IMG/VR virus record: IMGVR_UViG_2919015088_000005
Coordinates: 12,365 to 76,364 of that record
Direction: 5' to 3' (one strand)
Length of the DNA stretch: 64,000 nt
Origin: a virus
A program made the position numbers and the translations under genes. The notes below the pieces were generated by a model. That model worked only from the letters and a program-made list of their open reading frames with translations, was not told the DNA's origin and searched no databases. This document shows, piece by piece, positions 36,819-45,046 of this stretch; position 1 is the stretch's first letter, and the number at the start of each line of letters is the position of its first letter.

Positions 36819-37430
36819 ATGAAAACTGAAATGATCACCCTGAAGCACGGTGACGCATCTATCAAGATGCCCGCTTCGTCCCTGGCAAAACTTGCAATGG
36901 CCAGTGTGTTCGCCCAGGTGCTGCCGCCGGCAGCGAATGTTCAGCCAGTACCCCAACCCCCGACCCCGGAGATTGGCCAGCCGTGGCCCGGCCAGGGCGG
37001 AATCAACGGCGGCCTCGTCCATGCCCGTGGCGACGTTCCGGCGCATTACCTGATCATCGCGACCAAGGACGTTGGCAGCCTTGAATGGGGTGGCCGTGGC
37101 GTGGAGGTGAAAGGCCTCAGCAAAACTGACGGTTACATCAACACCCAAGTGCTGATCGGAAACGACGACGAGCGAAAATATCCCGCTGCCGACGCGTGCG
37201 CCGAGTACCAGGCCGATGGTCACCACGACTTCTACCTGCCGGCCGCTGCCGAGCTGTACCAGGGCTGGCTGAACTGTCCCGAGGTGTTCGACCAGGACTG
37301 CTACTACTGGTCATCTTCGCAGCGCTCAGCCAACACCGCATTCCTCATGCACTTCGGTGCTGGCATTCAGGACAACGACGACAAGTACGACGAGCTCCGT
37401 GTCCGCCCCGTCCGCAGATTCTTTATTTAA
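36819..37430 (+). CDS. DGR target 2, DUF1566/C-type-lectin-fold protein
   Basis: GQPWPGQGG...DFYLPAAAEL...YWSSSQRS...RVRPVRR; carries VR2. Confidence 0.9.
   Translation: MKTEMITLKHGDASIKMPASSLAKLAMASVFAQVLPPAANVQPVPQPPTPEIGQPWPGQGGINGGLVHARGDVPAHYLIIATKDVGSLEWGGRGVEVKGLSKTDGYINTQVLIGNDDERKYPAADACAEYQADGHHDFYLPAAAELYQGWLNCPEVFDQDCYYWSSSQRSANTAFLMHFGAGIQDNDDKYDELRVRPVRRFFI
37317..37421 (+). repeat. DGR variable repeat VR2
   Basis: 105-nt match to TR; 11 mismatches, all at TR adenines. Confidence 0.95.
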
Positions 37431-37509
37431 TTCTTCATCCATTCGTTCTTGATCCGGCACACCAGGGCGCACAGCGCCTTTTTTGTTGCCTTCGAAAAGA
37501 GGAAGCATC

Positions 37510-38130
37510 ATGTCTGTAGTTGAAAAAGCAGCACCGGCAGAAACCACCCCGGCTATCGGCCAGGCCTACGGCGGCGGTTTCGTCACCGGCATCACCCGCG
37601 ACCCGGTGACCGGCAAGCGCTCCCTGCATATCACCGCCGGTGCCGAGCATGAACTGGTCGGTGATTGGGGTAAGTACGGCGAGAAGATCGAAGGAGCCGA
37701 CAGCTTCACCGACAGCCTGGCCAATACCCAGGCTATGGCTGCGGCTGGCAGTGATCTGGCAGCGAAAGTGCTGGACCTGAACATTGACGGCTTCACCGAC
37801 TGGGCGATCCCGGCGCGGGATGTGCAGGAGCTGCAATACCGCCACTTCAAGCCGACCACTGAAGAGAACTGGGAGAACTCACACAACGATGACAACCCGC
37901 ACAGCGAGCCAGTAGGTCAGCTGTACAGCGCCGAAGACCCGCTGCAAACAGTTCATACCGCCTTCCAGGAGGGGGGCGCCGAAGCCTTCCGCGACACCTG
38001 GTACTGGTCATCTTCGCAGCGCTCAGCCCTCACCGCTTTCTTCATGGTCTTCGCTGATGGCTTTCAGCACTACTTCGCCAAGGGCAACGAGCTCCGTCTC
38101 CGCCCCGTCCGCAGCGAACTTATTGATTAA
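37510..38130 (+). CDS. DGR target 3, DUF1566/C-type-lectin-fold protein
   Basis: TDWAIPARDVQEL...WYWSSSQRS...RLRPVRS; carries VR3. Confidence 0.9.
   Translation: MSVVEKAAPAETTPAIGQAYGGGFVTGITRDPVTGKRSLHITAGAEHELVGDWGKYGEKIEGADSFTDSLANTQAMAAAGSDLAAKVLDLNIDGFTDWAIPARDVQELQYRHFKPTTEENWENSHNDDNPHSEPVGQLYSAEDPLQTVHTAFQEGGAEAFRDTWYWSSSQRSALTAFFMVFADGFQHYFAKGNELRLRPVRSELID
38014..38114 (+). repeat. DGR variable repeat VR3
   Basis: 101-nt match to TR; 18 mismatches at adenines plus one G>C in the 3' constant part. Confidence 0.9.
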
Positions 38131-38184
38131 TTCGCTTATTTAATCCGGCCGCTTGCGGCCGGTTGCTCTTGGAGAGCGTGCCCA

Positions 38185-38541
38185 ATGGCAATGCATACGG
38201 AACTTGCGATCTACAAGGCCGCCAGCGGCTTGCTTCACATAGCCACAAATATGACCCGGAACGTACCTCGCGACCTGAAACAGTCGCTTGGAAAGCGGGT
38301 GATCGACGAATGCATTGATGTCCTGATGCTGATTGCCCGTGCCAATGCAACTCAGGACAAGCGGCCACACCTGACCCTGCTGGTCGAGAAGGTGCAGGTG
38401 GTAGAGTTCCTGATGCGACTCTTCAAAGACAACCGCTTCATCAGCACCCCACAACACGCCCAGGCAATTGAGGTAACGACCTCGATTGGCAAGCAAGCAA
38501 ACGCCTGGAAACGCTCCACCCTAACCGCGCCCGCTACCTGA
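38185..38541 (+). CDS. avd: Accessory variability determinant (four-helix bundle)
   Basis: 118 aa, ELAIYKAA...PRDLKQSLGKR...IGKQANAW; located between targets and TR-RT. Confidence 0.85.
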   Translation: MAMHTELAIYKAASGLLHIATNMTRNVPRDLKQSLGKRVIDECIDVLMLIARANATQDKRPHLTLLVEKVQVVEFLMRLFKDNRFISTPQHAQAIEVTTSIGKQANAWKRSTLTAPAT

Positions 38542-38713
38542 AGGTTACGGCTTTCTGGTCTGTGCGAATTGAATCTGGTCGTGCCGCTGACCTGATAGGT
38601 CACCGCCATGCGCACAAGGGATACCGCCGGTCTAAAGCGTCCGTGTAGGTCTCGCGCAGTTTCCAAGCTGATCGGCTCTGCCTTCGGCTTGGCGACGTAG
38701 ATAGCACGATAGG
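38542..38713 (+). ncRNA. Structured 5' leader of the DGR template RNA
   Basis: Nested complementarities 38578-84/38704-10, 38561-66/38611-16, 38588-93/38597-602 and 38663-68/38687-92. Confidence 0.5.
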
Positions 38714-38818
38714 TCGCAGCGCTCAGCCAACAACGCATTCAACATGAACTTCGATGATGGCAATCAGAACAACAACGACAAGAACAACGAGCTCCGTGTC
38801 CGCCCCGTCCGCAGATTC
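38714..38818 (+). repeat. DGR template repeat TR
   Basis: AAC-rich (9 AAC plus 1 AAT codon; 29 adenines in the 63-nt core 38729-38791); lies between avd and RT. Confidence 0.95.
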
Positions 38819-38822
38819 GACT

Positions 38823-39914
38823 TTGGGTCCCTACCCGTTTCAGGATCTGGTCCAGGCTTATTACGACTGCCGGCGTACCAAGCGCAACAGCGACAGCGCG
38901 CTGGCCTTCGAGATAGACCTCGAGCGGAACCTGATCCAGTTACACGACGACCTGATGGCCGGCGCTTACCGGCCGGGCCGATCCATCTGTTTTGTGGTCA
39001 CCCGACCGAAAGCCCGCGAGGTATGGGCAGCGGCCTTTCGGGACCGCGTCGTCCACCACCTGCTGTACAACCATGTGGCACCGCGCTTCTACGCCAGCTT
39101 CATAGCGGACAGTTGCGCATGCATTCCAGGGCGCGGCACGCTGTACGCCGCCACACGGCTTGAGTCGAAGATACGCAGCGCCTCGCAGAACTGGTCAAAA
39201 CCGTGCTGGTATCTCAAGCTCGACTTGGCCAACTTCTTCGTCGCCATCGACAAGGCGGTACTGCGCAAGCAACTGGCTGCCAGGATCACCGAACCCTGGT
39301 GGTTTGCCCTGGCCACGCAGGTCCTCATGCACGACCCGCGCGAGGATTACGAGACGCGCAGCCCGGCCCACCTGTTCAACCGGGTACCGCAGCACAAACG
39401 CCTGGTGGCACAGCCCGCGCACCTCGGTCTGCCGATCGGCAACCTGTCGTCGCAGTTCTTCGCCAACGTCTACCTCGACGCTCTGGACCAGTTCGCCAAG
39501 CACACGCTGCGCGCCAAGCACTACATCCGCTACGTCGACGACTTCGTGTTCCTGCATGAGTCGCCGCAGCAGCTCAACCAGTGGCTCGCAGAGGTTGAAG
39601 CGTTCCTACCCAGGCTCGGCGCCAAGCTGAACCCGACCAAGACGATCCTGCAACCAGTGGATCGAGGCGTCGACTTCGTTGGGCACGTGATCAAGCCTTG
39701 GCGGCGAATCACCCGTAAACGATCCCTGGCGCAGGCATTGAAGCGCACCGCGGCGGCGCCGGCCGAGGATCTGCGCGAGACAGCCAACAGTTACTTCGGC
39801 CTGCTCAGCCAGGCCAGTCACAGCCAGAAAGACCGCGCCGCCTTGGCGAATGTCGTGCTGAAGCGCGGCAACACGGTCAACGCTGCGCTGACCAAGACCT
39901 ACCAGAAGAAATAA
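38823..39914 (+). CDS. DGR reverse transcriptase (start uncertain: in-frame TTG at 38823; the ORF track begins at 38754, inside TR)
   Basis: FRDRVVHH, YLKLDLANFF, GLPIGNLSSQFFANVYL, YIRYVDD, GVDFVG. Confidence 0.95.
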   Translation: MGPYPFQDLVQAYYDCRRTKRNSDSALAFEIDLERNLIQLHDDLMAGAYRPGRSICFVVTRPKAREVWAAAFRDRVVHHLLYNHVAPRFYASFIADSCACIPGRGTLYAATRLESKIRSASQNWSKPCWYLKLDLANFFVAIDKAVLRKQLAARITEPWWFALATQVLMHDPREDYETRSPAHLFNRVPQHKRLVAQPAHLGLPIGNLSSQFFANVYLDALDQFAKHTLRAKHYIRYVDDFVFLHESPQQLNQWLAEVEAFLPRLGAKLNPTKTILQPVDRGVDFVGHVIKPWRRITRKRSLAQALKRTAAAPAEDLRETANSYFGLLSQASHSQKDRAALANVVLKRGNTVNAALTKTYQKK

Positions 39915-39957
39915 TCCAACCCCATCAACGAATCACGCCAGCCGGCGAGGATCCCCT

Positions 39958-40426
39958 ATGCCCGATATCACCTACGGCTCTGTGTGCAGCGGCATCGAAG
40001 CCGCGACACAGGCCTGGCACCCGCTGGGCATGCGCGCCGCCTGGTTCGCCGAGATTGAGCCGTTTCCCTCGGCGGTCCTGGCCCACCACTACCCGGACGT
40101 GCCGAACCACGGCGACATGACCAAGCTGGCCGCCCTGGTGCTGGCCGGCAAGATCCCGGCACCGGACGTGCTGGTCGGCGGCACCCCGTGCCAAGCTTTC
40201 TCGGTCGCCGGTATGCGCGAAGGCCTCACCGACCCGCGCGGCGCCCTCACCATCAAATACGTGGAGCTTGCAGATGCAGTTGACTATGTTCGCGCCTGCC
40301 AGCGAATGCCCGGACGGCCCCCGCTACAAGGCGATCGGCAACAGCAAGGCCGTGCCTTGCGTACGCTGGATCGGCCGACGCATCCTCAAGCAGATCAGTC
40401 CTTCAAATTGGTGTCAGATTCAATAA
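39958..40426 (+). pseudogene. C5 cytosine DNA methyltransferase with a large internal out-of-frame deletion
   Basis: Motif I SVCSGIE and motif IV GGTPCQAFS, then a switch at about 40304-40307 to a +1 frame carrying motif X CPDGPRYKAIGNSKAVPCVRWIG; motifs VI-VIII and the TRD are absent. Confidence 0.85.
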
Positions 40427-40628
40427 TCGGCTGAGCGTCCCCGCCCTCACGCTTAAATCGTAACCACTCTCTGGCCCGGACTACGTTGAAAACCCAAAGG
40501 TCTTGGTGAAATAAGTGAAGAGCTGTCCCGGAAATGCGATACCAACCACACTCGACGCAGTTGACCAACTTACCGCCATTTGCGATAGGCCCATCCGTGG
40601 CCGGGCCGCTGCACACAAAACAATTCAT
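40395..40628 (-). CDS. Small zinc-ribbon protein
   Basis: CFVC...CVEC; 77 aa; antisense to the early-left operon. Confidence 0.55.
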   Translation of the reverse strand: MNCFVCSGPATDGPIANGGKLVNCVECGWYRISGTALHLFHQDLWVFNVVRAREWLRFKREGGDAQPIIESDTNLKD

Positions 40629-40714
40629 AACCCACCCCCTTTGGCTGATCGCTGAACTGTAGCTCATCCCTCACCACTCTCCACCGCCCGGGCATGGCCC
40701 GGCAAGGACTCCCC

Positions 40715-41224
40715 ATGCCTACAGAAAACCGCAAGCCAGACATCCGCAGCATCGTTACCGATTCGCTCGTCGGCATGATCGCCGCTGTTACTCGAACCAC
40801 GCCGCCGGCGAACGAGCCGCTTCCGTCATTCATCCAGGCGCCTGTTGATCGGGCAGTTGATCGCATCAAGTCATTCCTGCTGCCCGGAGTAACCCTCCAG
40901 GCGGCTCGCGCCAACCGCGTGTACGTGGCCGGCCCCATGACTGGTATCGCCGACTTCAACTACCCGGCCTTCAACGCCGTGGCCGACCAGCTGCGTGCCC
41001 AGGGCTACGAAGTCGAGAACCCAGCAGACCATGGGACCGTCGAGGGTGCCCAGTGGGCCGACTACATGGCCTACGACCTTACCCGCCTGGGCCTGTGCGG
41101 CGTCATCGCCCTGCTGCCGGACTGGGAGAAATCGCAAGGGGCCAAGCTGGAAGTCCTGATCGCCGAACGCCTCGGCATGACGGTTGTGAATGCCCATGAT
41201 CTGGTAACGAGGGAGGCTGTATGA
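40715..41224 (+). CDS. DUF4406 / nucleoside-deoxyribosyltransferase-like protein
   Basis: RVYVAGPMTG..FNYPAF...NPA...LLPDWEKSQGAKLE. Confidence 0.8.
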   Translation: MPTENRKPDIRSIVTDSLVGMIAAVTRTTPPANEPLPSFIQAPVDRAVDRIKSFLLPGVTLQAARANRVYVAGPMTGIADFNYPAFNAVADQLRAQGYEVENPADHGTVEGAQWADYMAYDLTRLGLCGVIALLPDWEKSQGAKLEVLIAERLGMTVVNAHDLVTREAV

Positions 41225-41643
41225 GCGAGTTCAAACGCGAAGAGCGCTACATCGTCTTAAAGCTGAAATGCCTCCCTAAAGATGAGGCGGAGTACCTGCG
41301 CGACTGCCATCCCAAAGCGATGGTTGAGTGCGTGGTGGTCGAGCACGACTGGCCGGAATATCACCTTGTCTGGGCCATGATTGCTCACCGCATGGCCGGC
41401 AAGCCGGTGCCAGATTTCGACCTTTGGCGCCGTGCAGACGCCCTGCAAGCTCTGTTGACCGCAGCGGACGAGCGGGCGGATGTGCTGGGGGGCTTGTTGC
41501 TCCAGACAAACGAACTGCTCTATGCGATCCAGGGTAATCCGGGGGCGGTGCCGTCTTCGTCGATTGATTCGATGCGCGGAAGAGTATTTGAAGCACTCAA
41601 GCGAGATAGGAGCACATCCGTACTCCTCCCGCAAAACCTGTAA
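41221..41643 (+). CDS. Hypothetical phage protein
   Basis: MSEFKREERYIVLKLK...CVVVEHDWPEY. Confidence 0.6.
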   Translation: MSEFKREERYIVLKLKCLPKDEAEYLRDCHPKAMVECVVVEHDWPEYHLVWAMIAHRMAGKPVPDFDLWRRADALQALLTAADERADVLGGLLLQTNELLYAIQGNPGAVPSSSIDSMRGRVFEALKRDRSTSVLLPQNL

Positions 41644-41689
41644 CCCCTCCCCCTTCAAAGTCAGCCGCTATAGCGGCAAGGACGAAGTC

Positions 41690-42136
41690 ATGCCTGAAGA
41701 AACTCAAAAATCCTGGCCGGACCACTACCGCTATATCGACACAATCGGCCCGGAAGGTCTTGAGGTCCACTGCATCACCTACCGGGTGATCGGCGAAACC
41801 GCACAGTGCTACTACATAGGCGACACCCACACCTGCGACTTGGTTAAAGGCCCGCAATACAGCTGGACGGCTGAGGCGATTAAGAAGCGCCGCAAACGCG
41901 TGCTGAAAGACGGAGGTGAGTGGGCCCGCCGCTTCGCCTACACCAACAAAGCGCTGGCCCTGCGCTCGTACAAGGCCCGCAAAGCCTGGCAGATGAAGCA
42001 TGCCCAGTTATCCATGGAGCGCGCGAAGGCCGCAATCGGATACTTCGGCAACCATGAAGTCGAAAGCACCATTCCGGCCGAGTCAGTGACCATCCCCAGC
42101 GAGTACATCCAAGGCCTGGGCTGGGGGGATTATTGA
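41690..42136 (+). CDS. Hypothetical phage protein
   Basis: 148 aa from MPEETQKSW. Confidence 0.6.
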   Translation: MPEETQKSWPDHYRYIDTIGPEGLEVHCITYRVIGETAQCYYIGDTHTCDLVKGPQYSWTAEAIKKRRKRVLKDGGEWARRFAYTNKALALRSYKARKAWQMKHAQLSMERAKAAIGYFGNHEVESTIPAESVTIPSEYIQGLGWGDY

Positions 42137-42188
42137 TGATCGCCACCCTCTGGTTCGCCTACGTGTTCATCTACAAGGGGCCAAGGCC

Positions 42189-42380
42189 ATGATCACTCTG
42201 GCGCAAATTCGCGCCGAGCTGGCAGACCGCAAGGCCTCAGACCATCACACCAGTTGCCGCGATTGCGGCCGCTTCGTCCCGAAAGAGCGCTGGGTGCCAA
42301 AGCAATCGCCTCATGCCGTACGCGGACAGCGCCCGCTGTGTGCCCCTTGCTTCGACGAATACGAAGGCCCGCTCTACTAA
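42189..42380 (+). CDS. Small zinc-finger protein
   Basis: CRDC...CAPC. Confidence 0.55.
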   Translation: MITLAQIRAELADRKASDHHTSCRDCGRFVPKERWVPKQSPHAVRGQRPLCAPCFDEYEGPLY

Positions 42381-42429
42381 CCCCAATCCCCCTACATGCC
42401 TGCCGGTGAGCGGCGGGCGAGGTATCCGC

Positions 42430-42657
42430 ATGCCCTTCATCATGATAACGAGCGCGATCACAACAGTCTTCGAGGTTCCGGACGGGGTCGACATTTTGCG
42501 TGTTCGCCAGCTGGGCCTTTCAGAGCTTGGCGATGACGAGGACGCCACCGACTCCGTATCCATTCAGCACGACAAAGTCATGAACGAGATCTATCTCGGA
42601 GAGGCTGCGCGGAAGACGGTTTCAATCTCGCACAGCATCGTCGACCCCAACGAATAA
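42430..42657 (+). CDS. Hypothetical protein
   Basis: 75 aa, acidic; GAGG RBS. Confidence 0.5.
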   Translation: MPFIMITSAITTVFEVPDGVDILRVRQLGLSELGDDEDATDSVSIQHDKVMNEIYLGEAARKTVSISHSIVDPNE

Positions 42658-42693
42658 CCCATCTTCTGCCGCCCAGCGCGGCAAGGACACCCC

Positions 42694-42921
42694 ATGAAAT
42701 CCTTCATACGTCCCCTGTTCCTGCTGGGCGCCGCGCTGTACCTGGGAGTCACGGATTACTGGTTTGGCCATGTTGCTCCGTCACTGATTGCTATTGGCGG
42801 CGGCACGGCACAGACCGGCGCATTCCTTGGCACCGTTGCCTGGCTGATGCTGACCATCGCGCTCGCCATATGGGCCGTCATCCAGTACGTCAAGTCAGCA
42901 CGACCTACCAGCACCCGATAA
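42694..42921 (+). CDS. Two-TM membrane protein
   Basis: 75 aa, two hydrophobic helices. Confidence 0.6.
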   Translation: MKSFIRPLFLLGAALYLGVTDYWFGHVAPSLIAIGGGTAQTGAFLGTVAWLMLTIALAIWAVIQYVKSARPTSTR

Positions 42922-42956
42922 CCCAAGTCTGCCGCACCCCGGCAAGGAGCTTTGTC

Positions 42957-43163
42957 ATGTCTCACATTGAATTGCGTGAAACCCAGGCGCTAGCGGCGCA
43001 GATGCTTGAGTCTGCATCGCACTTGCCGAGGTGCATGTTTGACGAGCGCGGGCCGGTGGAGACCGTCGCCTGCAACCTTGAGGAAACTGCGCTGAATCGC
43101 CCTGCGGATTACGCCAAGGGCCTGCGCCAGGTAATCGAGGTAGCCCGCCATGGCCTCTGCTGA
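42957..43163 (+). CDS. Hypothetical protein
   Basis: 68 aa; AGGAG RBS. Confidence 0.5.
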   Translation: MSHIELRETQALAAQMLESASHLPRCMFDERGPVETVACNLEETALNRPADYAKGLRQVIEVARHGLC

Positions 43164-43335
43164 GCTGCACGGTAACAAGCTGCGTCCATTTGAGCTTGGC
43201 TACCAGGCTTTCAAAAATGGAACACCTCTCACTCAAAACCCATATCAGCTTGAAAAGGATACATCGCCTGTTTCGATGCAGCGGTGGATTGAAGGCTGGA
43301 ACAAAGCACAGCGTGAAGCTGGGAGGAAGGTATGA
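43150..43335 (+). CDS. Rmf/CrpP-fold-like small protein
   Basis: FELGYQAFKNG...NPY...WIEGW pattern. Confidence 0.55.
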   Translation: MASAELHGNKLRPFELGYQAFKNGTPLTQNPYQLEKDTSPVSMQRWIEGWNKAQREAGRKV

Positions 43336-43547
43336 CGCAGCTCGTTGAAGCACCAAAAGTCGGGATGATCGTTCGGAAAATCCGAAGTGGCACGATGTAC
43401 CAAATCGACATTGTTGAGGCGGACAGCGTGTATCTGCGCCCTTACTGGCCTGGAAACGGATCAAGGTCCACTTGGAAGACTCGCTGGCGGCTTTGGCGCG
43501 ACTATGCGCGCGCCGAATATACAGCTGTCACGGCGGTGCAGCCATGA
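43332..43547 (+). CDS. Hypothetical protein
   Basis: 71 aa; coupled. Confidence 0.5.
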   Translation: MTQLVEAPKVGMIVRKIRSGTMYQIDIVEADSVYLRPYWPGNGSRSTWKTRWRLWRDYARAEYTAVTAVQP

Positions 43548-43693
43548 CCACCTACCGAATCAAAGACAACACCGGCCGCTGGCACCGTGTAAGCAAGTCG
43601 ACATCAACCCGAGGGAGCTACGTCAGCTTCTACCGTGGCGAGCCAAGCAGGCTTTGGCGGCCGGGTCAATTCAAGGCTGTGGAGGTGGTATGA
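43544..43693 (+). CDS. Hypothetical protein
   Basis: 49 aa; coupled. Confidence 0.45.
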   Translation: MTTYRIKDNTGRWHRVSKSTSTRGSYVSFYRGEPSRLWRPGQFKAVEVV

Positions 43694-43941
43694 ATATCGA
43701 ACAGGAAATTATTCACGTCCCTGAACTAGCGAAGTTGCTGGGCCGGTCCGAGTCATCGATTCGTAGCGCGCACCAGGCGGGAGCGTACTGGCTGCCGCCT
43801 TTCTTCAAGCAGGGAAGCCGGATCTGCTGGAGGGTAAGCACGGTCCTGCGATTCCTGAAGGAGTGCGAGGAAGGGATGCATGCGCCGAAGCGCCCTGGCC
43901 GGAAGCGCCAGACGCCGCCGACGCTCTCCCGTGTCGGCTAA
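43690..43941 (+). CDS. Excisionase/AlpA-like protein
   Basis: wHTH VPELAKLLGRSESSIR...WRVSTV; convergent with int. Confidence 0.75.
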   Translation: MNIEQEIIHVPELAKLLGRSESSIRSAHQAGAYWLPPFFKQGSRICWRVSTVLRFLKECEEGMHAPKRPGRKRQTPPTLSRVG

Positions 43942-44915
43942 CCGAGCTTGTCGGCCAGGGCGTCAGGGCAAAGGTGCGTGTACCTGCGTAAAACACTGAG
44001 GGTGCGGTGGCCTGTGATGGAGGCCACTTCCATGAGCGACAACCCCCTTTCAAAGAAGCGCGACGTGCCTTCATGTCGCATATCGTGGAAGTGGAGATCC
44101 TTTACTCCGGCCGCCCGGCAGGCGCGCAGGAAATACTGGCTGACGGAGTGCGGGGCCAGGGAGAATACCTGGCCATCAATGCGTGCGGGTAACGACTCAA
44201 GCAGCGCGCGCGCACGAATCGATAGCGGCACAAGCCGGCGGCTGCCGTTCTTGGTGTCCTCAAGCAGCGCGTGCTTGCCCTTGATGTCGGCGCGCCGGAG
44301 TGTCAGCAGTTCGCTACGGCGCATTGCGGTCTCCACGGCAATCTCGATGATCACCGGCATTTCCGCATGGATTGCACCTGCAGCCTTGATCACTGCTTTC
44401 AACTCAGCAGCACTCGGCCGGCGGTCACGCTCCCGGCTCCCCTTGGGCATCCGAAGCTTTGCTACCGGGTTGCTTAGCCCCTCAATCCCCCAGTCCTTGA
44501 TAGCCACGGTGTACAAATGGCTGATCAGCGCCAGCGATAATCGAATGGTGTTGGTTGATGCCCCGGCAGCCAGGCGCGCATCACGGTACTCGGCCAGGTC
44601 AGACGACCGCAGTTCGGCCAGCGACTTGCCGCCATACTTCCCTTCGGACCACGTCTTTATCCGGGTCAGCTCCTGGCGAGCCCCCTTCTTCTGCGTAGAC
44701 ACTTCTCGCGCATAGCGCTCAAAGGCCTTCGCAACCGTTGTGGCTTCGGCCTCGCGGGTATCGACGAAGCGCTTGCGCGACATATCCCCCTCGATTTCAG
44801 AAGCCCACCGCTGAGCCTCCGCCTTCGTGTCGAACGAAGCCGAAAGTGCCGGGTATCCTTTTTTGCGGATCTTGGTCCGCCATGTCCCATTGGGACGTTG
44901 TTCGATAGTCGCCAT
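43938..44915 (-). CDS. int: Tyrosine integrase
   Basis: TAMRRSEL (catalytic R), HDMRHE, GH and RYTHL catalytic residues; adjacent to att. Confidence 0.95.
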   Translation of the reverse strand: MATIEQRPNGTWRTKIRKKGYPALSASFDTKAEAQRWASEIEGDMSRKRFVDTREAEATTVAKAFERYAREVSTQKKGARQELTRIKTWSEGKYGGKSLAELRSSDLAEYRDARLAAGASTNTIRLSLALISHLYTVAIKDWGIEGLSNPVAKLRMPKGSRERDRRPSAAELKAVIKAAGAIHAEMPVIIEIAVETAMRRSELLTLRRADIKGKHALLEDTKNGSRRLVPLSIRARALLESLPARIDGQVFSLAPHSVSQYFLRACRAAGVKDLHFHDMRHEGTSRFFERGLSLMEVASITGHRTLSVLRRYTHLCPDALADKLG

Positions 44916-45009
44916 GCAGCGGATTTTGCCGATCAGTCCTGGGACATGCAAACAGTGTCGCTGTCCCAGAATTGTCCCAATCGCCGCGCCGAACAAAATC
45001 CGCAGGCAT

Positions 45010-45046
45010 AAAAAAAGCCCCGCAAGCTCAATGGCTGCGGGGCTTT
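45010..45046 (-). terminator. Terminator downstream of the tRNA-Cys 3' end
   Basis: AAAGCCCCGCA-loop-TGCGGGGCTTT followed by a T-run on the minus strand. Confidence 0.75.

Noticed and set aside
31986-38818. Four ~105-nt repeats as a CRISPR array
   Set aside because: They are dispersed, in frame at gene ends, have no regular spacers or cas genes, and differ almost exclusively at adenines; they are DGR TR/VR.
38754-39914. RT as a group II intron, retron or Abi RT
   Set aside because: No maturase/endonuclease extension or intron domain V/VI was seen and no retron effector; adjacent avd and TR with A-specific VRs identify it as a DGR RT.
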